Shown here piece after piece: positions 44,144 to 52,808 of a DNA stretch of 64,000 nt. The position numbers and the translations under genes were made by a program. The notes below the pieces were generated by a model that had not been told where the DNA came from, made no database searches, and worked only from the letters and a program-made list of their open reading frames with translations. Every line of letters starts with the position of its first letter. Position 1 is the stretch's first letter. The stretch is from Polyangiaceae bacterium (lineage in GTDB: Bacteria; Myxococcota_A; Polyangia; Polyangiales; Polyangiaceae). The stretch covers positions 21,517 to 85,516 of the forward strand of contig JAPSGB010000018.1 of the NCBI GenBank assembly GCA_035063585.1, written 5' to 3'.

Positions 44144-44173
44144 ATTTTGGCGCAAGTCATGCTCCGAAGTCAA
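44144..44173 (-). promoter_or_regulatory. Candidate sigma70-type promoter of the hxs operon
   Basis: Minus strand TTGACT-N18-CAAAAT upstream of GGAGG and ATG 44123; TGACTT direct repeat overlaps the -35 element and spacer. Confidence 0.45.
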
Positions 44174-44229
44174 CCAGGCCCCCGATTCGAGAGCGGAGCG
44201 GCTCACCGACACGCGTCCGCTGCAGCGCG

Positions 44230-46845
44230 TCAGCGTTCGGTCTTCGGCGTCTTCATGAAGTTGAAGCCGTCGCCCTCCGCTCCGACCCGGATCGTCGAGC
44301 CGGCTCCGTACCCGCCAGCCAAAATCGCCTCCGCCAGGGGATCCTGGATGCTTCGTAGGATGGCTCGCTTCAGCGGCCTGGCCCCGAGCGCCGGTTCGTA
44401 GCCGAGCGCTACGAGGCGGTCCTTGGCGCGCTCGTCGACCTCGATGGTGACGCCGCGATCGACGAGGAGCTTGCCCAGCCCGCGGAGTTGAATCTCGACG
44501 ATGAGCCGCAGATCCTCGCGTGAGAGCGGCCGGAATACGACCACGTCATCGATCCGGTTCAAGAACTCCGGGCGGAAGAACTGGTTCAACTTCTCGAGCA
44601 AGACGTCTCGTAGCGCCTCTCGACCGTCCGGCGTGGCGAACAGGCCCGGCTCCGTGTCGAGGATGCGATCGGAGCCGATGTTGCTGGTCATGATGACCAC
44701 CGTATTGGAGAAATCGGCTAGCCGGCCGCGCCCATCGGTGAGCCGTCCGTCGTCGAGCAACTGGAGGAGGAGGTTGAAGACATCCTGGTGCGCCTTCTCG
44801 ACCTCGTCGAAGAGCAGCACCGAGTAGGGCCGCCGCCGCACCGCCTCGGTCAAGAAGCCGCCCTGCTCGCTGTCGGCGTAGCCGGGCGGCGCGCCGATCA
44901 GGCGCTGCGCCATGTGCCGCTCCATGAATTCGCTCATGTCGAGCCGCGTGAGCGCCGCCTCGTCGTCGAAGAGGAATTCGGCGAGCGCCTTGGCGAGCTC
45001 CGTCTTGCCGACCCCGCTCGGGCCGAGGAAGAGGAAGGAGCCAATCGGCTTCTTCGGATCGCGGAGCCCGACGCGCCCGCGGCGTACCGCGCGGCTGATG
45101 GCCGCGACCGCGTCGTCCTGACCCACCACGCGCGCGGCGAGGCGCGCTTCCATCTTGAGCAGCTTGTCGGCCTCGCCCTCCAGCATCTTGGCGACCGGGA
45201 TCCCGGTCCACACCGCGAGAGTCGCGGCCACGTCCTCTTCGGTGAGCGTGCGAGACGCGTCTTCCACGCCGGCGCTCCGCGCCGCTTCCTCCGCCTTGGC
45301 GAGGCGCGCCTTCAAGTCCGGGATGGTGACGTGCTCGAGCTCGCCGAGCTTGGCGAAGTCCTTCGTGGCGCGTGCGCTCTCGAGAGCCGCCATCGCCGCG
45401 TCGAGCTCGCTCCGCAGCGCCCGGACCGCGGCGACGGCTCCGCGGCGAGACTCGAGCGCGGAGCGCATGGCCTGGACGCGTGGAAGGAGCGCGTCGTGCT
45501 CTCGCTGCAGGCGCTCGCGCGCGGCGCGCGTCGATGCGTCGTCGGTGTGCTCGAGAGAGCCGAGCTGAGCCTCCACCGAGGAGAGCCGGCCGATCGCCTC
45601 ATCGACCTCCGCCGGCACGCCGTCGGTCTCGACGCGCTTGGCGGCTGCGGCCTCGTCGAGGAGATCGATCGCGGTGTCGGGGAGGAAGCGATCCTGGAGG
45701 TAGCGCTTGGCGAGGCGCACCGCAGCGAGCACCGCGCTCTCGCTGATCTCGACCTGGTGATGCCGCTCGTAGCGGCCCGCGATGCCGCGGAGGATCTCCA
45801 CCGCCTGGTCGACGCTCGGCTCGCCGATCTCGAGCGTGGTGAAGAGCCGCAGCACCCCAGCGTCCCGCTCGGTGATCTTGCGGAGCCCCTCGGGCGTGGT
45901 GGTACCGAGCAGGCGAAGCTCCCCGCGCGCGAGCGCAGGGCGGAGCAGCTCGCCGATCCCGGAACCGGCCGGGCCCTGCCCAAAGAGCTGCTCGATGCCA
46001 GGGACGAACAGGATCGCCTCGCCGCCGCTCGCGGCGGACACGCTCTCGATGAGCTTGCGGACCCGCTCCTCGAGCTCGCCGCGCAAGCGCGCGCCGGCGA
46101 CGAGGGTGCCGGTGTCGAGCTCGAGCAGGCGAGCGCCGGCGAGGCTCGTCTGCACGTCCTCGCCGGCGATGCGCTGCGCCAGCGCGCCGACCACCGCCGC
46201 CTTGCCCACGCCGGGCTCGCCCACCAAGAGCGGGTGGCTCTTGTGTCGGCGCTCGATGATGGTGAGCAACCGGCGGAGCTCGGTGTCACGGCCGATCACC
46301 GGATCGATGAGCCCGCGCCGCGCTTCCTCGACCAGGTCGCGCGTGGCGGGCACCGCCGCCGCGGCGCTCGACGCCGGACGCGGCTGGCTCCGCGCCACCG
46401 CCTGGAGCCCGCCCATGTGTGGGCGAAGCGAGCCGGGGCCGACCCCGAAGGCGCCGAGCAGATCGCCGGCCGGTCCGCGGATCTCCTGGGAGAGCGCGTT
46501 CAGGAGGTGCTCCACGCCCACCGTGTCCGAGCGCTCGCGATCCGCTTCACGCTGGGCGCGCTCGAGCAGGTCGAGCATGGCGACCGACAAGTACGCCGGC
46601 TCGACTCCGCGCGGCTGCTCGCCGAGGGCTCGCTCCGCCGCCGCCAGGAGCTCGTCCGGGCGCGCGCCCGCGCGACGCAGCACCTCGACCACCCCCGGAG
46701 CACGGTCGACCGCGCGGTAGAGGAGGTGGAGCGGCTGCACCTCGGCGTGCTTGCGCTCGTCGGCGAGCGCCTGCGCGCCCGCGACGAGCCCCTTGGCGTC
46801 CGCCGAGTACCGTTCGAGAGAGAGCGTGGTCGCCTCGCCTGCCAT
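44230..46845 (-). CDS. ClpB-like AAA+ chaperone with degenerate first ATPase module
   Basis: Clp N-domain, DPVIGRD, coiled-coil M domain, NBD2 GPSGVGKTE, DMSEFME, LFDEVEKAH, FRPEFLNRID, GARPLKR. Confidence 0.88.
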   Translation of the reverse strand: MAGEATTLSLERYSADAKGLVAGAQALADERKHAEVQPLHLLYRAVDRAPGVVEVLRRAGARPDELLAAAERALGEQPRGVEPAYLSVAMLDLLERAQREADRERSDTVGVEHLLNALSQEIRGPAGDLLGAFGVGPGSLRPHMGGLQAVARSQPRPASSAAAAVPATRDLVEEARRGLIDPVIGRDTELRRLLTIIERRHKSHPLLVGEPGVGKAAVVGALAQRIAGEDVQTSLAGARLLELDTGTLVAGARLRGELEERVRKLIESVSAASGGEAILFVPGIEQLFGQGPAGSGIGELLRPALARGELRLLGTTTPEGLRKITERDAGVLRLFTTLEIGEPSVDQAVEILRGIAGRYERHHQVEISESAVLAAVRLAKRYLQDRFLPDTAIDLLDEAAAAKRVETDGVPAEVDEAIGRLSSVEAQLGSLEHTDDASTRAARERLQREHDALLPRVQAMRSALESRRGAVAAVRALRSELDAAMAALESARATKDFAKLGELEHVTIPDLKARLAKAEEAARSAGVEDASRTLTEEDVAATLAVWTGIPVAKMLEGEADKLLKMEARLAARVVGQDDAVAAISRAVRRGRVGLRDPKKPIGSFLFLGPSGVGKTELAKALAEFLFDDEAALTRLDMSEFMERHMAQRLIGAPPGYADSEQGGFLTEAVRRRPYSVLLFDEVEKAHQDVFNLLLQLLDDGRLTDGRGRLADFSNTVVIMTSNIGSDRILDTEPGLFATPDGREALRDVLLEKLNQFFRPEFLNRIDDVVVFRPLSREDLRLIVEIQLRGLGKLLVDRGVTIEVDERAKDRLVALGYEPALGARPLKRAILRSIQDPLAEAILAGGYGAGSTIRVGAEGDGFNFMKTPKTER

Positions 46846-46944
46846 GGCCGGCACGGTACCCCGACGCCGGCCACGCCGGCCCGACAATCCTCCGCCGCCG
46901 GTCGGGGGCTGACGGGCGGGGGTTCGAGCGTTAGGATCGACGAA

Positions 46945-47226
46945 ATGGCCGAAGTCATCATGTACCGGACGCCCTATTGCCCGTATTGCGTCCGCGCGAA
47001 GGCGCTCCTCGAGCGGAAGCGGGTGCCATTCACCGAGATCGACGTGTCCGGCGATCGCGAGAAGCGCGCCTGGCTCATCGAGACGACCGGTCAGCGAACC
47101 GTGCCGCAGATCTTCATCAACGGTCGCCCGGTCGGCGGGTGCGACGACCTCCACGCGCTCGAGCGGGCGGGCAAGCTCGACGCGCTGCTCGCCGAGCCGG
47201 CGCCCGCGAGTCCATCGCCGAGCTGA
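46945..47226 (+). CDS. grxC: Glutaredoxin 3
   Basis: CPYC, RTVPQIFI, GGCDDL; only the 3' end of ORF 44788..47226 is real. Confidence 0.93.
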   Translation: MAEVIMYRTPYCPYCVRAKALLERKRVPFTEIDVSGDREKRAWLIETTGQRTVPQIFINGRPVGGCDDLHALERAGKLDALLAEPAPASPSPS

Positions 47227-47248
47227 GCGAACCTCGTATACTCCGCGC

Positions 47249-48214
47249 GTGCCGGCGCTCGTGGACCTGCCCTACTGGCTGATGGCCGGCGTAGCCGTGG
47301 CGCTCGGGCTCGCGTTCGGCAGCTTCCTGAACGTGGTCATCCATCGGCTGCCGCGCGGTGAGAGCCTGTCGCATCCGGGCTCGCGCTGCCCAGCGTGCGG
47401 CGCGCCGATCCGCGCGTGGCAGAACGTGCCGGTGCTCGGGTGGCTCCTCTTGCGCGGTCGCGCTGGCTGCTGTGGCGCGCGGATCTCGCCGCGCTACCCG
47501 CTCATCGAGCTGGTCGGCGGCCTGCTCGCGTGGGCCATCCTCCAGACGGTGGTGCTCGACCTGCCGCTCGAGACGCCGTGGTGGCGCGGGCTCGTCGTCT
47601 TCGCGCTCTACCTGGCGATGGGGCTCGGGCTGGTCGCCGCGGCGTTCATCGATCTCGAGCACATGATCCTCCCGGACGAGATCACGCTCGGCGGCACCGC
47701 GCTCGGGCTGTTGAGCGTCCCGCTCCGCGCCGAGGTCACCTGGCTCGGCGCGCTCGCGGGAGCGGCGGCGGGGTTCGTGATGATCTGGCTCCCATTCGAT
47801 TTCCTGTACGGCAAGCTCCGGGGGCACCCCGGCATGGGCCTCGGCGACGCCAAGCTGGTGATGCTGGCGGGGGCCTGGTTGGGTTGGCCCGGCGCGGTGT
47901 TCGCCTTGCTCGCCGGAGCGGTGCAAGGCACGCTCGTGGCGCTCGTCATTCTTCTCGCGCGCGGACGCATCGACGAGCCGGAGGCCGTGGTGCGCGAGCG
48001 CGAGGCGCTGCGCGCCGAGATCGAGGCGGCCGAGGGTGACGAGCGCGCGCGCCTCGAGGCCGAGCTCGCGCGGGACCCCATCGGACACGACCCCGAGCAA
48101 GGGATCGGCAAGGCGCGGCTCGCCTTCGGGCCCTTCTTGGCGCTCGCGACGCTCGAGTTCATGCTCTTCGGGCGAGTGATCGTGGACGGCTACCTCGGGC
48201 TCTTGTGGTCGTGA
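47249..48214 (+). CDS. pilD: Prepilin peptidase
   Basis: GSFLNVVIHRLP, SRCPAC, ISPRYPLIE, FIDLEHMILPD, GMGLGDAKL, AFGPFLA. Confidence 0.93.
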   Translation: MPALVDLPYWLMAGVAVALGLAFGSFLNVVIHRLPRGESLSHPGSRCPACGAPIRAWQNVPVLGWLLLRGRAGCCGARISPRYPLIELVGGLLAWAILQTVVLDLPLETPWWRGLVVFALYLAMGLGLVAAAFIDLEHMILPDEITLGGTALGLLSVPLRAEVTWLGALAGAAAGFVMIWLPFDFLYGKLRGHPGMGLGDAKLVMLAGAWLGWPGAVFALLAGAVQGTLVALVILLARGRIDEPEAVVREREALRAEIEAAEGDERARLEAELARDPIGHDPEQGIGKARLAFGPFLALATLEFMLFGRVIVDGYLGLLWS

Positions 48215-48678
48215 TGAGGCGACGCGCGCTCCTCTGCCTCGTGGCGCTCGGCGCCTGCGCGCCGCGCCTGCGGACCGTGCCGCGGACGGCGCCGCCGACC
48301 ACGCTCGGCCGCGTGACGGTCGACTATCCGCCGCCGCCTGCTCAAATCGAGGTGCTCCCACCGAGCCCGGGCGACGAGTGCGCGTGGATGGATGGTCACT
48401 ACGAGTGGGACGGCAGGCGCTGGGCGTGGAGAGCGGGCGGATGGGTCGAGCCCCCCGCCGGCTGCGCGCTCACCCGCGTCGCGATGAGCTGGAGCACCGA
48501 TCGCGGCGGAGCTCCCCTGCTCTCGTACGCGAAGCCCGAGTGGGTCCCGCTGGTTCCGAGCGCGGCGGGTGGCAAGCCGGCGACCTGCCGTGCGCCGATC
48601 GAGTGTCGCAACGGGAAGGCGCTCCCAGCGCCGCCGGGGGAGGGCGCTGGCGCGAGCGTGGAGCCCGAGACGAACTGA
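48214..48678 (+). CDS. Putative lipoprotein with YXWGXW-like repeat
   Basis: LGA-C lipobox; WMDGHYEWDGRRWAWRAGGW. Confidence 0.6.
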   Translation: MRRRALLCLVALGACAPRLRTVPRTAPPTTLGRVTVDYPPPPAQIEVLPPSPGDECAWMDGHYEWDGRRWAWRAGGWVEPPAGCALTRVAMSWSTDRGGAPLLSYAKPEWVPLVPSAAGGKPATCRAPIECRNGKALPAPPGEGAGASVEPETN

Positions 48679-48731
48679 CGCCGCGCGCGGGGGTGGCCGC
48701 TCGGCGGCTCTTCCACTACCTTCCCCTGCCC

Positions 48732-50108
48732 GTGACAAGTCCCATCTTTCGCGAGTACGACATCCGGGGCGTCGCTGAGCGCGATCTCACGAGCGACGTC
48801 GCGCGCGGCATCGGGCGCGGCCTCGCCGAGCTCTTGAAGCCCTCGGCGCGGCCCGGAGACGCGCCACGGCTCGCGGTGGCGCGCGACTGTCGCCTCTCCG
48901 GCCCTCGGCTGTTCGAGGCGCTCCTCGAAGGGCTGCTCGCCGGCGGCGCGGAGGTCATCGACGTCGGCGTCGGCCCCACCCCGCTCATGTACTTCGCGGT
49001 GCACCACCTGGACACCGACGGCGGGGTGATGATCACCGGCAGCCACAACCCGGGAGACGAGAACGGGTTCAAGATCATGCGCGGCAAGGCCTCCTTCTTC
49101 GGTGAGGACCTGCAGGCGCTCGCGCGCCTGGTCGCGGGTGGGGCGCCCGTCGGCGAGCCGAACGGATCGATCCAGACGATTCCGATCGACGACGCCTACG
49201 TCGCGCACCTGCGCGGGTCGGTACATATCGAGCGGCCCATCCACGTCGTGGTGGACGCGGGTAACGGCGCGGCGGGCCCGCTCGGCGTCCGCGCGCTCCG
49301 CGCGGCGGGGCTCGACCCGGTCGAGCTCCACTGTACGATGGACGGCACCTTCCCGAACCACCACCCCGATCCGACGGTGCCCGAGAACCTGCGCGAGCTC
49401 ATCCTGACGGTGCAGCGCGAAGGCGCCAGGGTCGGGCTCGCGTGGGACGGCGACGGCGATCGTCTCGGGGTGGTCGATCCGAGCGGTGAGATCGTGTGGG
49501 GCGATCGCTTGCTCGCGCTCTTCGCTCGCGATGTGCTCCGCGAGCGCCCGGGCGCCGCGGTCATCGGCGAGGTGAAGTGTTCGCAGTCGCTCTTCGACGA
49601 CGTCGCCCGCCACGGGGGACGGCCCATCATGTGGAAGACCGGCCACTCGCTCATCAAGACCAAGATGAGAGAGGAGGGCGCCCTCCTCGCCGGAGAGATG
49701 AGCGGACACTTCTTCTTTGCCGATCGGTACTTCGGCTATGACGACGGGATCTACGCCGCACTCCGCGTGGTCGAGATCCTGGCGCGCGAGGGGCGCACGG
49801 TGAGCGAGCTGCTCGCGGACATGCCGCGCGGGGTATCCACCCCAGAGCTCCGCGTCCCTTGCCCGGACGCCTTGAAGTTCCAGGTCGTCGAGCGAGTGCG
49901 CGAGGCGCTCCGCGGCACGGGTGAGCTCAGCGAGATCGACGGCGTGCGCGTCACCAGCGCGGACGGCGCGTGGGGGCTGGTCCGCGCCTCCAACACCGGC
50001 CCGGTCATCGTGCTCCGCTTCGAGGCGCCCACCGAGGCGCGGCTCGCCGAGCTTCGCGCCGAGGTCGAGGGCGCGATGACCCGAGCGCGCGAGGCGCTCG
50101 GCGGATAA
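48732..50108 (+). CDS. Phosphomannomutase/phosphoglucomutase
   Basis: IFREYDIRG, TGSHNP, DGDGDR, GEMSGH, VRASNT. Confidence 0.95.
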   Translation: MTSPIFREYDIRGVAERDLTSDVARGIGRGLAELLKPSARPGDAPRLAVARDCRLSGPRLFEALLEGLLAGGAEVIDVGVGPTPLMYFAVHHLDTDGGVMITGSHNPGDENGFKIMRGKASFFGEDLQALARLVAGGAPVGEPNGSIQTIPIDDAYVAHLRGSVHIERPIHVVVDAGNGAAGPLGVRALRAAGLDPVELHCTMDGTFPNHHPDPTVPENLRELILTVQREGARVGLAWDGDGDRLGVVDPSGEIVWGDRLLALFARDVLRERPGAAVIGEVKCSQSLFDDVARHGGRPIMWKTGHSLIKTKMREEGALLAGEMSGHFFFADRYFGYDDGIYAALRVVEILAREGRTVSELLADMPRGVSTPELRVPCPDALKFQVVERVREALRGTGELSEIDGVRVTSADGAWGLVRASNTGPVIVLRFEAPTEARLAELRAEVEGAMTRAREALGG

Positions 50109-50983
50109 TGAGCGCAGCAAGCGACGACGCGTGGACGATCGCGCGCGTCCTCGCGTGGGCGGTCGCTGACTTCAAGGCGCGCGGGATGGAGACGCCGCGG
50201 CTCGACGCGGAGCTCTTGCTCGGCCACGCGCTCGGTCTCGATCGGATAAAGCTCATCCTGCAGCACGAGCGCCTACTCGCCGCGGAGGAGCTAGCGCGCT
50301 ACCGGGCGCTCATCAAGCGGCGGCGCGCCGGTGAGCCGGTCGCCTACCTGCTCGGCGTGCGCGAGTTCTACGGGCTTCCCATCCGAGTGGACGCGCGCGC
50401 GCTCATCCCCCGCCCCGACACCGAGGCGCTGGTCGACGTCGCGCTCGAGCGCACCCGCGCGCGCTCGCTCTACGGGCGGGCGCTCGACCTCTGCACCGGC
50501 TCGGGCTGCGTCGCGCTCGCGCTGGCCAGCCGCCGGCCCACCTGGAAGTTCCTGGCGGTCGACGCATCCTGCGGCGCGGTCGAGCTCGCGCGCGAGAACG
50601 TCGAGCGGCTCGGGATGGCGTTCAGCGTCGGCGTGCTCGAGGGCGATCTCTTCGCGACGCTCCCGACCGGCGCGCGCTTCGAGCTCATCACCGCCAACCC
50701 GCCCTACATCCCGGAAGCGGAGCTCGCGACGCTCGACCCGTCGATCCGGGAGTTCGAGCCGCGCCTCGCGCTCACCGGCGGCGAGAGCGGGCTCGAGCTC
50801 GCGGCCCGGATCGTCGCGAGCGCGCGGGTCTGGCTCACACCGGGCGGGCTGCTCGCGATGGAGCTCGGTTCCGACCAGGCCGAGCGCGGGCGCGCGCTCT
50901 TCGCGGAGGCCGGGTTCATCGACATCGAGACGAGGCGGGATTACGGTGGCCGCGAGCGCGTCACGAGCGGAGTATCACCATGA
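50108..50983 (+). CDS. prmC: Release factor glutamine methyltransferase
   Basis: PRLDAELLL, GEPVAYLLG, LIPRPDTE, LDLCTGSG, NPPY. Confidence 0.95.
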   Translation: MSAASDDAWTIARVLAWAVADFKARGMETPRLDAELLLGHALGLDRIKLILQHERLLAAEELARYRALIKRRRAGEPVAYLLGVREFYGLPIRVDARALIPRPDTEALVDVALERTRARSLYGRALDLCTGSGCVALALASRRPTWKFLAVDASCGAVELARENVERLGMAFSVGVLEGDLFATLPTGARFELITANPPYIPEAELATLDPSIREFEPRLALTGGESGLELAARIVASARVWLTPGGLLAMELGSDQAERGRALFAEAGFIDIETRRDYGGRERVTSGVSP

Positions 50984-52044
50984 CCGAGGCCCCCCGGCTG
51001 CTCATCTACGGCGCTTACGGCTACACGGGCGAGCTCCTCACCCGCGGCGTCGCGGCGCGCGGTATCCCTGCGATCCTGGCCGGTCGCGACGCAGCACGAC
51101 TCGACGCGCTCGCGCGCCAGCACGGCCTCGAGGCGCGAGTCGTCGGGCTCGACGACCCGCGCGCGCTCGACGCGGCGCTCGACGGGGTAACGGTCGTCGC
51201 GCATGCGGCCGGGCCCTTCGTGCGGACGGCGCGGCCGATGGTCGAGGCGTGCCTGCGGACGCGCACGCACTACCTCGACATCACGGGCGAGCTCGACGTC
51301 TTCGAAGCCCTCTTCGCGCGGGACGCGGAGGCGCGGAGCGCCGGCGTCATGCTGCTCCCCGGCGCGGGGTTCGACGTGGTGCCCTCGGACTGCCTCGCCG
51401 CGCACCTTGCCCGACGCCTCCCGAGCGCAACGCACCTCGCGCTCGCCTTCAAGGGCCTCTCGAAGACCTCGCGCGGCACCGCGCTCACCACCATCGAGCA
51501 CCTCGGCCTCGGCGGTCGGGTCCGGCGGGACGGCGTGATCGTCACGGTGCCGCTCGGCTCGCTCGTCCGCCGCATCGATTTCGGTCGCGGTCCTCAGCTC
51601 GCGGCGGCGATCCCCTGGGGCGACGTGTCCACGGCGTTCCACAGCACGGGGATCCCGAACATCGAGGTCTACCTTCCGGCGCCGCGGCCGCTCCTCATGG
51701 GGATGCGGGCCATCGGAGCCGCGCCCTCGCTGGTCGGCTCGCGTCCGGCGCGGCGGCTGCTCTCTTGGCTGGTGAAGGCGGGCCCCGCCGGTCCCTCCGA
51801 CGAGGACCGCGCGCGGGGCGGCGCGACCTTGTGGGGTGAGGCGACCGATGCCACCGGAAAGCGCGTCACCGCGCGTCTCACGACCACCGACGGCTACACG
51901 CTCACCCGAGACGCCGTGCTCGCCATCGCCGAGCGCGTGCTCGCCGGCGACGCGCCGCCAGGCTTCCAGACTCCCTCGCGCGCCTACGGCGCGGACTTCG
52001 TGTTGACGCTCCCCGGCGCCGCGCGCGAGGACCTCGACGGCTAA
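50980..52044 (+). CDS. Saccharopine dehydrogenase-like oxidoreductase
   Basis: LIYGAYGYTG, AGPF, HYLDITGE, GFDVVPSD, GFQTP. Confidence 0.85.
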   Translation: MTEAPRLLIYGAYGYTGELLTRGVAARGIPAILAGRDAARLDALARQHGLEARVVGLDDPRALDAALDGVTVVAHAAGPFVRTARPMVEACLRTRTHYLDITGELDVFEALFARDAEARSAGVMLLPGAGFDVVPSDCLAAHLARRLPSATHLALAFKGLSKTSRGTALTTIEHLGLGGRVRRDGVIVTVPLGSLVRRIDFGRGPQLAAAIPWGDVSTAFHSTGIPNIEVYLPAPRPLLMGMRAIGAAPSLVGSRPARRLLSWLVKAGPAGPSDEDRARGGATLWGEATDATGKRVTARLTTTDGYTLTRDAVLAIAERVLAGDAPPGFQTPSRAYGADFVLTLPGAAREDLDG

Positions 52045-52691
52045 GGGCCGCCGTAGAAGGCGAAGCGGAACCCGGCGACCACGCTGTGAGCGCGGAGCGA
52101 GGGGCTATAGACGTACTCGTACTCGAGCACCGGCCCGATCGCGATCCCACCCGGACGCCAGGTCTCCCAAAACGCGCCGACGCCGAGCAGCGACATCGAG
52201 CCACCGGAGGCGCGCTCCTCGCCCTCCTCCTCGAGCGTGAGCCCGGCGAGGCCAAAATCCGCGGCGACGCCGACGTCTCGCCACGGCCCGCCCTGCGCGA
52301 ACAGCGGGAACCCTTCCATACGGAAAATGAAGCCGCTGCCTCGCGCGGCGAGCCCGCCGCCGCGATACCGGACGGCGTCGAGGCCGAGCCCGAGCGAGAA
52401 CCAATCGGTGAGCGCGCCGCCGAGCCAGAGGCTCGCGCGGGCGCCCACCGCGAGCCCGGTGCTCGCGCGGTACGCCGGGTCATCGATGGTCGCGAGCTGG
52501 TTCGGGTAGCCCACCGCGCTCGCGCCGAGCAGGCCAGTCGCGGCCCCGATGGTCACCCCGGACCGACGCTCGGCCGGAGCCCGCGAGAAGCCGCCGTCCC
52601 AATCCGCCGCCGGCTCGGCCGCCCGCGCGAGGCTCGGCGCCATGAGGAGCAGAGCGCAGAGCGCGACGGGCGTGGTCGGGAGCCGAAGCAT
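52041..52691 (-). CDS. Hypothetical secreted protein, probable outer-membrane beta-barrel
   Basis: Signal peptide (LARA), amphipathic strands, C-terminal GFRFAFYGGP. Confidence 0.55.
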   Translation of the reverse strand: MLRLPTTPVALCALLLMAPSLARAAEPAADWDGGFSRAPAERRSGVTIGAATGLLGASAVGYPNQLATIDDPAYRASTGLAVGARASLWLGGALTDWFSLGLGLDAVRYRGGGLAARGSGFIFRMEGFPLFAQGGPWRDVGVAADFGLAGLTLEEEGEERASGGSMSLLGVGAFWETWRPGGIAIGPVLEYEYVYSPSLRAHSVVAGFRFAFYGGP

Positions 52692-52808
52692 CGCTCCCGT
52701 TTCTCGTCGCGCCCCAGCGCGAGGTCAAGCAGGTCGAGCGCCTGTCGGTCCGGCGCGGACTCCGCGCGGGACGCCGGCGTGCGCCGGCGAGTGCTAGACT
52801 CTCGGTCC

